A stretch of DNA of 62,030 nucleotides, filler included. It is 4 parts of 4 records of this genome, joined end to end, with 100 filler letters (N's around TTAATTAATTAA, not from the genome) between each part and the next. Parts side by side here need not be neighbours in the genome. Positions count along the whole stretch, not along the records: positions 35,413 to 54,469 come from SRR2962707_3158; positions 54,570 to 62,030 come from SRR2962707_3169; 2 more parts are not named here. One strand, written 5' to 3'. Below, piece after piece: positions 49,401-58,616 of the stretch. The notes beneath the pieces are model-generated. The model made no database searches. It worked only from the letters and a program-made list of their open reading frames with translations, and was not told the origin of the DNA. A program made the translations under genes and the position numbers. Every line of letters starts with the position of its first letter. Position 1 is the stretch's first letter.

Positions 49401-49703
49401 TGCGCTTCCTGGCCCACCGGCGAATTCGGTGGTATGGGGCTGGAGGGGGCGGTGAACCTGGCGTACCGCAAGGAACTGGATGCTCAGGAAACGCCGGAAG
49501 AACGCCAGGCGCTGTACGAGAAACTGGTGGCTCAGCTGTATGAGAAAGGACAGGCGCTGAGCATGGCCGCGGCGCTGGAAATCGATGCCGTGATCGATCC
49601 GGTGGATACCCGTGCCTGGGTGATGCGCGGCCTGCGCGCGCAACCGCCGGAAGGCATGGCGCCGATCGCCGGCAAGCGGCGCCCGATGATCGATACCTGG
49701 TAA
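46407..49703 (+). CDS. Single-chain biotin-dependent acyl-CoA carboxylase (BC-BCCP-CT fusion)
   Basis: IANRGE, HPGYGFLSE, GGGGRGM, RECSVQRRNQK and RLQVEH (BC); EAMKM (BCCP); DYTVLAGT, EGGGGRPG and DTPGFMVG (CT). Confidence 0.95.
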   Translation: MTISRLLIANRGEVAVRIARAAADLNIATVAVYPEDDAASLHTRLADQAVVLEGRGVAAYLDGEQLLRVAREHGCDAVHPGYGFLSESPTFAALCEQAGIIFVGPSSETLSLLGDKARARELAQECEVPVVPGTNGVTSLEQARAFRAQLGEQSTVIVKAIAGGGGRGMRIVGPNDDLDEAYRRCQAEAASSFGNDAVYVERFVARARHIEVQIVGDGGAEPVHLWERECSVQRRNQKLLEIAPSPTLSEGMRQQLLDAAQRIAAKVGYRGLGTFEFLVDADESHFAFIEANPRLQVEHTVTEEVTGVDLVQTQLRLFGGCSLAEMGLVSGREPAPVGYAIQLRINMETMSANGDTQPSGGTLATFEAPGGPGVRVDTFGYRGYRTSPHYDSLLAKLIVHSRGADYADAVGRAYRALCQFRIEGVETNIGFLQNLLQRDEVVSNTLHTRFVDQHMAELVGDGEHRRLHFSSGAEEQAATAQRVQGPAGTEPVITPMQGVLVEYMVAEGDTVREGQPVAFVEAMKMQHQVVASMSGIVRLCALDVGDAVGKDEPLLFVEPAEVGGEQGIEEEDIDLDYIRPDLARLKQRLALLEDENRPDAVAKRRRTGQRTARENVAAICDADSFIEYGGLTIAAQKARRSVEDLIKNTPADGMVTGIGSVNGDLFDDSKSRCVVLAYDYTVLAGTQGTMNHKKTDRILEVAEKHRLPVIFFAEGGGGRPGDTDNATKVAGLDGPSFLQYARLSGLVPRIAVVSGRCFAGNAVFAGCSDLMIATENACIGMAGPAMIEGGGLGSFRPEEVGPVSVQRHNGVIDCVVKDEEEGAALAKKLMGYFQGPVDNWDCEDQRWLRRAIPENRLHAYDVRSLIRTLVDSDSYLELRPDFAPGMITAFIRIEGRPLGLIANDPKVLGGAIDAPGADKASRFMQLCDAFSIPMLSLCDTPGFMVGPEEEKTATVRHTCRMFVTAASLSVPLFSIVLRKGYGLGAQGMTGGSFHAPFYCASWPTGEFGGMGLEGAVNLAYRKELDAQETPEERQALYEKLVAQLYEKGQALSMAAALEIDAVIDPVDTRAWVMRGLRAQPPEGMAPIAGKRRPMIDTW

Positions 49704-49793
49704 GGAAGGCAGGGTAGGAAACCATATCGCGGTCCGTGGTGTACTCCATGGGCCGCGATGTTTTTCTGGCCTGCTGGATTCAGCTCGTTACAT

Positions 49794-50723
49794 TCAACTT
49801 ACTATATTTAATAAGCGCTCACCCCGCGCGATCCGCCCCACCTGGTCGCGCAGGAACGCCGACAGCCGGGGCTTCAGTGCCTCGCTGCGGCCGCCCACAT
49901 GCGGTGTGATCAAGGTGTTTGGCGCGTCCCAAAGAGGGTGATCTTCGGGCAGGGGCTCCGGCTCCACCACATCCAGAGCGGCACGCAGCCGTCCGCTTCG
50001 CAGTTCCGCCAGCAGGGCATCGGTGTCCACCACCGGGCCTCGTGCCACGTTCACCACCAGTGCGCCATCGGGTAGGCGTGCCAGAAAATCGGCGTTCACC
50101 AGATGGCGAGTGGCGTCGTTAAGCGGGGTGATCAGCACCACGATGTCCGCTTGCGGCAGCAATGCCGGCAGTTCGGTGTTGGCCCGGATGACGCCCAGGT
50201 CGTCTTCCCGGGCTCTCTGTCCCACCCGCAGCAACGTCACACCGAATGGCAGCAGCCGCTCGGCGATGGCGCGGCCGATACCTCCGGCGCCGATGATCAG
50301 CACAGTGCGGTCCACCAGTCCTGGTGTTTGTTTCGGCGCCCAGCGATGGGCTTTTTGATCCACGGCAAAATCAAAGAGTGACCGCTGGCCCGCCAGGATC
50401 AGGCCCAACGCCAGTTCGGCGGTGGCTTCCGCATGCAGGCCATAGGCGTTGGCCACGGTAGCGCCGCCGGCGGCCTCGACGAAGCCGTCATAACCGGTGG
50501 ATTGAGTCTGCACCAGTTTCAGATTGGGGAGTTGCCCCAGCCGCGCCAGCCCGGCCTCGCCGGCGGGATGATGAAACACCACCGCGTCGATCTCCTCTGC
50601 CGGTATCGGCGGGCCATCACGCAGATCCCACTTCACCAGACGTAGCGGTCCCGCCACATCCCGCACAGTATCCATATGCCAGGAGGTGGGCAGGGCAAGG
50701 GTCTTGATGTCCAGAGTGGTCAT
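49794..50723 (-). CDS. D-isomer specific 2-hydroxyacid dehydrogenase
   Basis: GAGGIG, VNVARG, ALDVVEPEPL and ITPHVGG. Confidence 0.93.
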   Translation of the reverse strand: MTTLDIKTLALPTSWHMDTVRDVAGPLRLVKWDLRDGPPIPAEEIDAVVFHHPAGEAGLARLGQLPNLKLVQTQSTGYDGFVEAAGGATVANAYGLHAEATAELALGLILAGQRSLFDFAVDQKAHRWAPKQTPGLVDRTVLIIGAGGIGRAIAERLLPFGVTLLRVGQRAREDDLGVIRANTELPALLPQADIVVLITPLNDATRHLVNADFLARLPDGALVVNVARGPVVDTDALLAELRSGRLRAALDVVEPEPLPEDHPLWDAPNTLITPHVGGRSEALKPRLSAFLRDQVGRIARGERLLNIVS

Positions 50724-50891
50724 GATGGTTTCCCTTTGGCGGCAATAGGACAAGAAAGTTTCCATTGTAGGGGAAGTGGGGATCGGGTACAGCGAGGGCG
50801 AACCGGTCCCGGGGAAAGGATCAATGGTTCCGTCCGCCAGCCGAATGCTCTATAACGAGGGGCTGTTGCATAACGATAGCGGAGAGAGCTT

Positions 50892-52055
50892 GTGTCTGAA
50901 CGGCCCATATCAGAACGGGGAGCAGAACGGAGAGCAGAGCGGACAGCCGAGGTCGACCCGGAGGGCTTGCTGGAGTATTCCGTGGTCTTCACCGACCGCT
51001 CCCTGAACCATATGTCCCAGGCTTTCCAGGCGGTAATGCGGGATATTTCCGGGACCCTGCGGCAGGTCTACAACGCCGCCTCGGTGGCGGTGGTGCCGGG
51101 CGGGGGAAGTTACGGCATGGAGTCGGTGGCCCGTCAATTCGCCACCGGCAAGAAGGTACTGGTGATCCGGAATGGATTTTTCAGCTATCGCTGGAGCCAG
51201 ATCTTCGAGATGGGCGCGATCCCCGCCGAGGAGATCGTGATGAAGGCGCGGATGGTGTCCGATCAGCCCCAGGCGCCGTTCGCCCCGCCCCCCATTGATG
51301 AAGTGGTGGCGCGTATTCGCGGCGAAAAGCCGGATCTGGTGTTCGCTCCTCACGTGGAAACCGCCGCCGGCCTGCTGTTACCGGATGACTACCTGCAAGC
51401 CGTGGCCGCCGCGGTGCACGAACATGGGGGGCTGTTTGTCCTGGACTGCATCGCCTCGGGGACGTTGTGGGTGGATATGGCCGCCAACGGTGTCGACATC
51501 CTGATCAGCGCGCCGCAAAAAGGCTGGAGCTCCTCACCGTGCAGCGCCCTGGTGATGTTCGGTGAAGAGGCGGCCAAACGTCTGGAACAAACGCAAAGCA
51601 CCAGTTTCGCCATGGATCTGCTCAAATGGCGGCGGATCATGGAAGCCTACGAAAACGGTGGTCATGCCTACCATGCCACCATGCCCACCGACGCCTTGCG
51701 CAAATTCCGCGATGCCATGCTGGAAACCCGGGACGCCGGCTTTGAAGCGGTCCGCGAGAAGCAATGGGAGCTGGGGCGCCTGGTACGGGAGCTGTTCGCG
51801 GAACGGGGGCTGGCCAGTGTGGCGGCGCCGGGATTCGAAGCGCCGGGTGTGGTGGTGTGCTACACCGAGGACGACGGGATGCACAACGGCAGCAAATTCA
51901 TTGCCAAGGGGTTGCAGACCGCCGCCGGTGTACCGCTGATGTGCGATGAACCGGCCGGATTCAAGACTTTCCGCGTGGGCCTGTTCGGCCTGGATAAACT
52001 GGGTGACGTGGACCGGGCGGTGCGGCGTTTGGCCGAGGCGTTGGACAACATTTAA
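50892..52055 (+). CDS. Class V PLP aminotransferase (serine/alanine-glyoxylate aminotransferase-like)
   Basis: EYSVVFTDRSLNHMS, PHVET, LDCIASG and PLP-lysine motif SAPQKG. Confidence 0.92.
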   Translation: MSERPISERGAERRAERTAEVDPEGLLEYSVVFTDRSLNHMSQAFQAVMRDISGTLRQVYNAASVAVVPGGGSYGMESVARQFATGKKVLVIRNGFFSYRWSQIFEMGAIPAEEIVMKARMVSDQPQAPFAPPPIDEVVARIRGEKPDLVFAPHVETAAGLLLPDDYLQAVAAAVHEHGGLFVLDCIASGTLWVDMAANGVDILISAPQKGWSSSPCSALVMFGEEAAKRLEQTQSTSFAMDLLKWRRIMEAYENGGHAYHATMPTDALRKFRDAMLETRDAGFEAVREKQWELGRLVRELFAERGLASVAAPGFEAPGVVVCYTEDDGMHNGSKFIAKGLQTAAGVPLMCDEPAGFKTFRVGLFGLDKLGDVDRAVRRLAEALDNI

Positions 52056-52151
52056 CGATCCGATGCGGTAATCATGATGTCGCGCAAGGACAAGTCGGCG
52101 TAATTGGTATACCCTTTCTCGCACTTTGTATACGCGTGCGGAGGTTCCAAT

Positions 52152-52601
52152 ATGCTGAAAGTCCTGATCAGCAGTGTTTTGCTGCTCATGAGTGTGTATG
52201 CCTACGCCGGCGCCGATGCGATCCAGGGTATCTGGGAAACGGAAGATGGCGGCTACGTCTATATCCACCCGGAAGGCGACACCTGGGTGGGTACCGCGGT
52301 GGGTTCCCGGGACGGTGAGCACCGTTACGACAACGAGAACCCCGATGAAGAACTGCGTGGCCGCCGGCTGCTCGGCGTGGATGTGGTCACCGGCCTGAAG
52401 TACGACGGCGATGATCGTTGGGACGATGGCAAGGTCTACTCACCGGATAACGGCAAAACCTACGATCTGAGTGCTGAACTGAAGGATCAGGATACTCTGA
52501 AGGTGCGCGGTTACATTGGTGTCAGCCTGCTTGGCCGCAGCCAGACCTGGCAGCGCATCGATGAAAGCGCGCCTCATGTGCAGAAGGAATTTCTGCAGTA
52601 G
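52152..52601 (+). CDS. DUF2147 domain secreted protein
   Basis: Signal peptide; GIW, D..NPD..LR.R.LLG, GKVYSPDNGKTY and LKVRGYIGVSLLGRSQTW. Confidence 0.9.
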   Translation: MLKVLISSVLLLMSVYAYAGADAIQGIWETEDGGYVYIHPEGDTWVGTAVGSRDGEHRYDNENPDEELRGRRLLGVDVVTGLKYDGDDRWDDGKVYSPDNGKTYDLSAELKDQDTLKVRGYIGVSLLGRSQTWQRIDESAPHVQKEFLQ

Positions 52602-52619
52602 TGCCCGGATCTTTAGCAA

Positions 52620-52688
52620 CTGTAGGAGCCAGCCCTGTTGGCGAATTTTTCTCCAGACCCTATTCGTCAGCAGGGCTGGCTCCTACAG
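52620..52688. repeat. GTAG-family REP doublet (REPIN)
   Basis: CTGTAGGAGCCAGCCCTGTTGGCGAAT ... ATTCGTCAGCAGGGCTGGCTCCTACAG inverted pair between convergent genes. Confidence 0.85.
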
Positions 52689-52704
52689 CGGCGTCGGACT
52701 CCGG

Positions 52705-53316
52705 TTAATCCTCCTTCCTCAATTCCCCTTCCACGAAGTGCGCGACCATGTCGCCCAGCCCCTTGACCAGTTCCTCGAAACCGATGGTGGGATTGGGTTC
52801 GCTCAGATAGCGCAGTACCGTGAAGACGCCGCCATTGATCATGATATAGCCCATGGCCGGCAGATTGCCCAGACGCGCCAGTTGCGGGTGATGAATCACA
52901 TACTGCAATAGCAGGTTCATCAGCAGCCGCTGGATCGGCTCCATGTGATTGCGGGGCGCGAAGTAGGCGGCGTAGCTCATGTAACGCAGATAGCGGCCCT
53001 GGTTTTTTTCCAGCAGATCCCGGAACCCGAACAACAATTCCTTGATCAGGTCGCGGATTTCCATCCTCACCAGCGCCGGTGTCATCGGTTCCACCATGGC
53101 CACGACCTCCGCCACCATGTGGTGGTGCATGGCTTCGAACACCTCCTCCTTATTGGCGAAGTATTCGTAAAGTGAGCCAACGCTTACTCCCGCCAGATCC
53201 GCTATATGGCGCGTGGTCGTGCCCTGCACCCCGTGCTCCGACAAGGACAGGAAGCCAGCCTCGACAATGGCATTGACGGTGGCTTTGGCGCGCGGCTGGC
53301 GGGGCGTGCGTGGCAT
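52705..53316 (-). CDS. TetR/AcrR family transcriptional regulator
   Basis: PRQPRAKATV...TTRHIADLAGVSVGSLYEYFANKE. Confidence 0.94.
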   Translation of the reverse strand: MPRTPRQPRAKATVNAIVEAGFLSLSEHGVQGTTTRHIADLAGVSVGSLYEYFANKEEVFEAMHHHMVAEVVAMVEPMTPALVRMEIRDLIKELLFGFRDLLEKNQGRYLRYMSYAAYFAPRNHMEPIQRLLMNLLLQYVIHHPQLARLGNLPAMGYIMINGGVFTVLRYLSEPNPTIGFEELVKGLGDMVAHFVEGELRKED

Positions 53317-53435
53317 CTGAGCTCCTCATTGGCGTTAGCGGCGGGAATCCGAATTGAATCCGAACAAACAGTCGGCTTAATTTGCCATTACTGAATGTAA
53401 CGGTCAATTTGTCATCGTTGTCGCGAGGAGCCGGC

Positions 53436-54281
53436 ATGCCCCAACAACATTTGTCCCATGGCGCCCGCGCGGTGGTAACCGGAGCAGGTAGCGGCATTGG
53501 TCGTGCGTTCGCGCTGGCTTTGGCCAAGCGTGGAGGCCGTGTGGTCTGCGCCGATCTGAATATGGCCGCCGCCGAGGATACGGTGGCGATCATCGAACGG
53601 GCGGGTGGCCACGGTCTGGCTGTGTCCTGCGACGTGTCCGAGCTGGCGGCGGTGGAACGCCTTGCCGCCGAGGCCGTCGACTGGTTCGGCGAGTCTCCCA
53701 ATCTGGTGATCAACAACGCCGGCGTCGGCGCCGGCGGCAAGGCCATCGGCGATATGTCGATGGCGGACTGGAAGTGGGTGCTGGATGTGAATATGTGGGG
53801 CGTGATCCACGGTTGCCACGTGTTCACACCGTTGCTGCGCGAGCTGCCGCGGGCGGGCGTGATCAATGTCTGTTCCACCGCCAGCTTCGCCGCCGCGCCG
53901 CGCATGGGCGCTTACAACACCAGCAAGGCCGCGGTGCTGGCGCTGTCGGAAACCCTGGCGGCGGAAAACGCCGGCAGCGGTCTGCGCGTGACCGCGCTGT
54001 GTCCCACCGTGGTGAAAACCAACATCTTCAGCGCTGGCCGTATCGATCAGGCGCTTACCCCGTTCATGGACCGGATTATCTCGCTCACCGGCGTATCCGC
54101 CGAGAGTGTGGCGGCCACGACTCTGAAAGCCCTCGATCGTGGCCGCTTCTATGTCATGCCGCAATTTGATGCCCGGCTGATCTGGCGTGCCAAACGCTTC
54201 CTGCCGGTGACCTACACCCGTGGCGCCAGCCTGCTAGGCAGGCTGGTCAGCGAACGCCTCAAAACCAACCCGGCTCAGTAA
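53436..54281 (+). CDS. Short-chain dehydrogenase/reductase
   Basis: TGAGSGIG, NNAG and YxxxK (YNTSK); ATG 53436 after GAGGAG. Confidence 0.95.
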   Translation: MPQQHLSHGARAVVTGAGSGIGRAFALALAKRGGRVVCADLNMAAAEDTVAIIERAGGHGLAVSCDVSELAAVERLAAEAVDWFGESPNLVINNAGVGAGGKAIGDMSMADWKWVLDVNMWGVIHGCHVFTPLLRELPRAGVINVCSTASFAAAPRMGAYNTSKAAVLALSETLAAENAGSGLRVTALCPTVVKTNIFSAGRIDQALTPFMDRIISLTGVSAESVAATTLKALDRGRFYVMPQFDARLIWRAKRFLPVTYTRGASLLGRLVSERLKTNPAQ

Positions 54282-54310
54282 CAGGCCCACTCAGTAACAG
54301 GAGAGCCAAA

Positions 54311-54469
54311 ATGGCGAATATCGATCTGGATAAAATGCTGGCCAAGGTGAAAAGCAGCCAGTGGGCGTTGGCGGACATTGATTGGAACGCCCCTGGCGCG
54401 GACCTGATCACCGAAGAACAGTGGCCGAAACTGAAAGCGTTCATGGCCGACCTGATGTGGATCGAACAT
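54311..54469 (+). CDS. Ferritin-like (putative diiron) protein, N-terminal fragment truncated at contig end
   Basis: QWALADIDW.APG...FMADLMWIEH after an AGGAG RBS. Confidence 0.6.
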
Positions 54470-54569
54470 NNNNNNNNNNNNNNNNNNNNNNNNNNNNNNN
54501 NNNNNNNNNNNNNTTAATTAATTAANNNNNNNNNNNNNNNNNNNNNNNNNNNNNNNNNNNNNNNNNNNN
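54470..54569. other. Artificial contig linker
   Basis: N44-TTAATTAATTAA-N44. Confidence 0.99.
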
Positions 54570-54620
54570 GTCCGGGCGGCGGGCCGCTGCAAGCGAATGC
54601 CCTTGGATGCCCGATAAGAG

Positions 54621-56645
54621 TCAACGACACGCCTTCATCAAGCGCCGTCGTTGCCGGCGCAAAGCTCGCAACGCGCCGATGGACGGCGACGTGTCCTGTT
54701 GATAGGCCAGCCGTTCGAAGGTCTCCCGCCAGCTCAGCGCCGCCGCTTCCGCCGCCGGCCAGCGGCGCGCGATCCGCTCGCACAGTTGGGCGGCGGACAG
54801 GCGCTCCGCCCCCTGTACTCCGCGTTTGCTCAGCCCCCGGGCCAGCCGCCGGTATTCACGGGTCAGCGGCGTGGCGGAGCGGGGACCCCGCCCCCGGAAC
54901 ATGATCAGCGCCGTGGCCAGCACCAACAGTGCCGCCAGGGTCAGCAACAGCAACGCGAGCCGCCAGGGCGTCACCGCGCCAAGCCAGCGGGACAGCCACT
55001 GGTTCTGGCGCTCCAGGTCATAACCCAGCACCCAGCTCTGCCAGCGGAATTCGAGCAGGTCCGCCCATTGCCGCAATTGAAACAGCACCGGCAAACGCCC
55101 GATCCCATCGCCGGGAAGCCGGACCTCGCCGGCCTGGCTGAGGGAGCCGCGCAAGCCCAGTTCCACCCTTTCCGGCGCCACCGCCGCGGTCGGGTCCACT
55201 TCCACCCAGCCGCGCCCGGGCAGCCACACCTCGGCCCAGGCGTGGGCATCGTACTGACGGATCAACAGGTGCCGGCCCATGGGATTGGCTTCGCCGCCCT
55301 GATAGCCCCCCACAACCCGGGAAGGAATGCCGGCGGCGCGCATCAGCACCACGAAGCTGCTGGCGTAATGCTCGCAAAATCCCCGGCGGGTATTGAACAA
55401 AAAACCGTCCACCACATCCGGGCCGACGGCGGGCGGGCTGAGGGTGTAATGAAACGGCTCGTCGCGGAACCAGTGCAAGGCGGCGCTCACCAGGGCGCTA
55501 TCGTCCCGATATTGCCGGCGCCATTGGCTGGCCAGCTCACGAGCGCGCGGGAAACCCTGTTCCGGCAAACTCAACATCAACGCACGCTGATCCGGCGCCA
55601 GCGGTTCGGTCATTGGCACCCCGGTGTAACTGCGCACCCGATAGCGGAAATTACCGGTGACCGGTTCGGTGGCCACCAGGTGCCGGTCACGGGCCAGCAC
55701 CAGACCATCGAACTCCGGCACCGGAGTATTGAGCGCGTACAGCCAGCGCCTCTGGCTCGGTGCCATGATCACCTGATAGTCCCAGTAAGGGCGGTCCGCG
55801 GCCCGCCGCAGCAGGTCCCGGTACCACAGTGGCGGCGTCCCCCGGCCGCTGTAGAAGGTCAGTTCATCACCCCAATCGTCCGGCCGCGCCTGGCTCCAGG
55901 TACGGCCATCGAACCAGCTGTAGGTCAGGCCACGCCAATAGCGCTGCCGGTAAGGCGGCACCTCGCCATCGAACTGCACGCGGAAGGCGATCGCGCTGGA
56001 CTCGGCCAGATTGCTGACCTGCCCGGGCGCCATCGTGTCGCTCATGCCGGTTCGCGCCTGGCCCTGATCAGTATGCACGTTCCACAATGGCGGCAGCCGC
56101 GGCACCAGTACGAACAACACCACCGCCAACGGCACCGCCTGCAGTAATAGCACCGCCGCCTTGCCCAGATGCTGGCGCGAGCGCGCCTGGGAATCATTGT
56201 AGTGAATCCCCACCAGACTGGCGGTAAGCAGCAACAGACACAGGCAGACATAAAGAAAAACGAAGAATCCCTGCTGGAACAGCAGGATGGTGGCGCAGAC
56301 GAAATAGCCGATGATGATCAGCACATAGGCGTCGCGGCGCCCCACCAGCTCCAGATACTTCAGGGCGAACAGGCTGGTAATCAGAGCGGTGCCCGCTTCC
56401 GGCCCGATCAGACGGCCGAAGCTCAGATAAATGCCGCCGACGGTGCCGAGCAACAGCAACACCCGTATCCATCGGCCCGGCAGCGGCGCCCGCTGACGAT
56501 CCATCAGTGCCCGCCATAACAGGATCGCCAGCAACAACAGCACCTGCCAGAACGGTCCACGCAGCAGTTGCGGCAGGGAAATGGCGAGAATGGCGGCGGT
56601 CAGCCAGGGCCGGGCGTGACTGGGTACCTGATAAAGGCGGGCCAT
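54621..56645 (-). CDS. DUF3488 + transglutaminase-like membrane protein (TgpA family)
   Basis: N-terminal TMs, YWRG, catalytic GFCEHYA, GIPSRVVGGYQGGE, AHAWAEV and VDPT. Confidence 0.93.
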   Translation of the reverse strand: MARLYQVPSHARPWLTAAILAISLPQLLRGPFWQVLLLLAILLWRALMDRQRAPLPGRWIRVLLLLGTVGGIYLSFGRLIGPEAGTALITSLFALKYLELVGRRDAYVLIIIGYFVCATILLFQQGFFVFLYVCLCLLLLTASLVGIHYNDSQARSRQHLGKAAVLLLQAVPLAVVLFVLVPRLPPLWNVHTDQGQARTGMSDTMAPGQVSNLAESSAIAFRVQFDGEVPPYRQRYWRGLTYSWFDGRTWSQARPDDWGDELTFYSGRGTPPLWYRDLLRRAADRPYWDYQVIMAPSQRRWLYALNTPVPEFDGLVLARDRHLVATEPVTGNFRYRVRSYTGVPMTEPLAPDQRALMLSLPEQGFPRARELASQWRRQYRDDSALVSAALHWFRDEPFHYTLSPPAVGPDVVDGFLFNTRRGFCEHYASSFVVLMRAAGIPSRVVGGYQGGEANPMGRHLLIRQYDAHAWAEVWLPGRGWVEVDPTAAVAPERVELGLRGSLSQAGEVRLPGDGIGRLPVLFQLRQWADLLEFRWQSWVLGYDLERQNQWLSRWLGAVTPWRLALLLLTLAALLVLATALIMFRGRGPRSATPLTREYRRLARGLSKRGVQGAERLSAAQLCERIARRWPAAEAAALSWRETFERLAYQQDTSPSIGALRALRRQRRRLMKACR

Positions 56646-57589
56646 CAGCGCTGCCCTCCCTCGTTGCCGTGCAGCGCGAGCAGATCCAGAGCCCGCAGGC
56701 GATGTTCATCACCGCTGCCCGGCGCCAGTTCCATGGCGGGCAAGCGCAAACCAAAGGGTTGTCCGGCCTCGCTCAGCAGCAACACCCAATGGCATAGCAA
56801 CGCCAGGCGTTGCTCCTCGGGCAGGCCTTCCAGACGGTCGTAGCCAAGCCAGAGCCGTTCGCCCTCCTCGGCGTCGAACAGTTTGGTGTTCATGCCGCGA
56901 CCGCGCGCATAACCTTTCCAGTCCACCTGGCGAAGGGAATCCCCCAGCACGTAAGCGCGCAGCCCCTGGAACGCTTCACTGCCGTGGCGGCCGGTGCCAC
57001 CGGAACCGCCGCGGCCCTCCCAGGGCGAAGGGGCGTCCTCCCGGGGCCGGGGCCAGGCCAGACAATGATGTTCCAGCGCCACCAATGACCAGGCCCGCAG
57101 CAGGCCCAAGGGATAGCGGCTTTCCACCCGTAACCGCTGGGGCCGGACCGGGCCGCGCCGAGGCAGCGCCAGATTCAGCCACACGGTTTTTTCTTCTCCG
57201 GTTTCCAAACTGACTTCCTGGGCATCCTGCCCCGGCCAGCTCAACCACACACTGCGGTGCGGCTGCCCCCGCGACACCAGCACCACCGCCAGACCACCGT
57301 GCCCGCCGACAAAACCGTTGCGAGCGGCGCCGGCGCGCAGGGTCAGAGCGGAAAGATTGCGGAAAGTGTGCAGGATGCCCATCACGAACAAGGACACCAT
57401 CAGGAAACACAGTGCCAGAATCAGATTGTTCTCGTAATTGACACCACCGAGAAACAACAGCAGCGCCACCACCAGATACAGCACACCATAGCCGCTGGGC
57501 AGAATGAAGATACGACGCTGATTCAACTGCACCTGATGGTCACGCGGCAGACGTCGGGCCAACCAGTTTTGCCAGGCGCGTTTTACCAT
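56645..57589 (-). CDS. DUF58 domain protein
   Basis: RRIFILPS, NYENNL, RRG, YPLGL and FQGLRAY..GD..RQVDWK; MoxR operon context. Confidence 0.92.
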   Translation of the reverse strand: MVKRAWQNWLARRLPRDHQVQLNQRRIFILPSGYGVLYLVVALLLFLGGVNYENNLILALCFLMVSLFVMGILHTFRNLSALTLRAGAARNGFVGGHGGLAVVLVSRGQPHRSVWLSWPGQDAQEVSLETGEEKTVWLNLALPRRGPVRPQRLRVESRYPLGLLRAWSLVALEHHCLAWPRPREDAPSPWEGRGGSGGTGRHGSEAFQGLRAYVLGDSLRQVDWKGYARGRGMNTKLFDAEEGERLWLGYDRLEGLPEEQRLALLCHWVLLLSEAGQPFGLRLPAMELAPGSGDEHRLRALDLLALHGNEGGQR

Positions 57590-57614
57590 GGCCGCCCTCC
57601 TTCGCTCGCGCCGG

Positions 57615-58523
57615 TCAGCGCACCACCGGCACGGTCTGCAACAGGGATTGGGTCATCGCCGCCACGTTGCCGCCTTCGCGGGGCTGCAGCCGGTGTTCCG
57701 CCACCGCCGCCCAGACCGACTGCACATCTTCCGGCAGCACATAGTCGCGACCGTGCAGCAACGCCCAGGCACGGGCGGCGCGCAGCAGTCCCAGGCCGGC
57801 ACGGGGCGAAAGACCGGCGACGAAACGGCTGTCGGCACGGGTGGCGTCCAGCAAACGCTGTACGTAGTCGATCAGCTCCCGGGTGGCACGCAGTTGATCG
57901 ACGAAGCGGCAAAGTTTCCGCAGCCCCGAAGGCTCAATCGCCGCTTCCAGTTGCCGTACCCGATCACGCTGGTCACCGCCGGCAAGCAGATCCCGCTCCA
58001 CTTCCGGCGACGGATAGCCGAGCGAAATGCGCATCAAAAAGCGGTCCAGTTGGGATTCCGGCAAGACGAAGGTGCCGGCCTGGGTCACCGGGTTTTGCGT
58101 GGCCACCACGAAGAAGGGTTCGGGCAGCGGCCGGGTCAGGCCATCCAGCGATACTTGCTGCTCTTCCATGGCCTCCAGTAACGCCCCCTGGGTTTTGGGC
58201 GTGGCGCGGTTGATCTCGTCGGCCAGCAGCAATTGCGTGAATACCGGCCCTTCCCGGAGGGTGAATTCACGGCTGTCCGGGTCGAATACGGAGACCCCGA
58301 GAATGTCCGCCGGCAACATGTCGCTGGTGAACTGAACCCGCCGGTAATCGAGCCGGAATACCCGCGCCAGGGCCTGAGCCAGAGTGGTCTTGCCCATGCC
58401 GGGCAGGTCTTCGATCAGCAAATGGCCGCCGGCGAGCATGCAGGCCAAGGCCAGTTTGATTTGTTCCGGTTTCCCCAATACCACCCGGCCCACCTGGGCC
58501 AGGGCTTTTTCCAATGCCTGCAT
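57615..58523 (-). CDS. MoxR family AAA+ ATPase
   Basis: HLLIEDLPGMGKT, QFTSDMLPADI, LADEINRATPKTQ, ATQNP and LPESQLDRF. Confidence 0.96.
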   Translation of the reverse strand: MQALEKALAQVGRVVLGKPEQIKLALACMLAGGHLLIEDLPGMGKTTLAQALARVFRLDYRRVQFTSDMLPADILGVSVFDPDSREFTLREGPVFTQLLLADEINRATPKTQGALLEAMEEQQVSLDGLTRPLPEPFFVVATQNPVTQAGTFVLPESQLDRFLMRISLGYPSPEVERDLLAGGDQRDRVRQLEAAIEPSGLRKLCRFVDQLRATRELIDYVQRLLDATRADSRFVAGLSPRAGLGLLRAARAWALLHGRDYVLPEDVQSVWAAVAEHRLQPREGGNVAAMTQSLLQTVPVVR

Positions 58524-58616
58524 GGGTACGGCCTTGTCGTCGTTTTTTAAAACGGCGCTCCCCCCAATTCAGGAGCCCAAAAGAGGCTGGCTACACCCGA
58601 TGTCGGATCTCTTCTC

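Noticed and set aside
46980..49643. 887-aa antisense ORF and other long shadow ORFs (36050-37327, 41643-43136, 43402-44649, 54651-56147, 58722-59954, 60119-61588, 31150-32271)
   Set aside because: They lie opposite or overlap well-supported genes. This is expected from high-GC codon bias, and they show no recognisable motifs.
50911..50947. 12-bp imperfect tandem repeat (CAGAACGGRGAG) at the aminotransferase 5' end
   Set aside because: Short in-frame slippage in a disordered N-terminus; no evidence of phase variation.
54274..54301. Direct repeat CTCAGTAACAGG x2 at the SDR stop
   Set aside because: A small local duplication with only 4 bp between copies, so it is not a target-site duplication around an element.
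54621..58523. MoxR-DUF58-transglutaminase triad as a novel system
   Set aside because: A widespread, previously described operon type in Proteobacteria.
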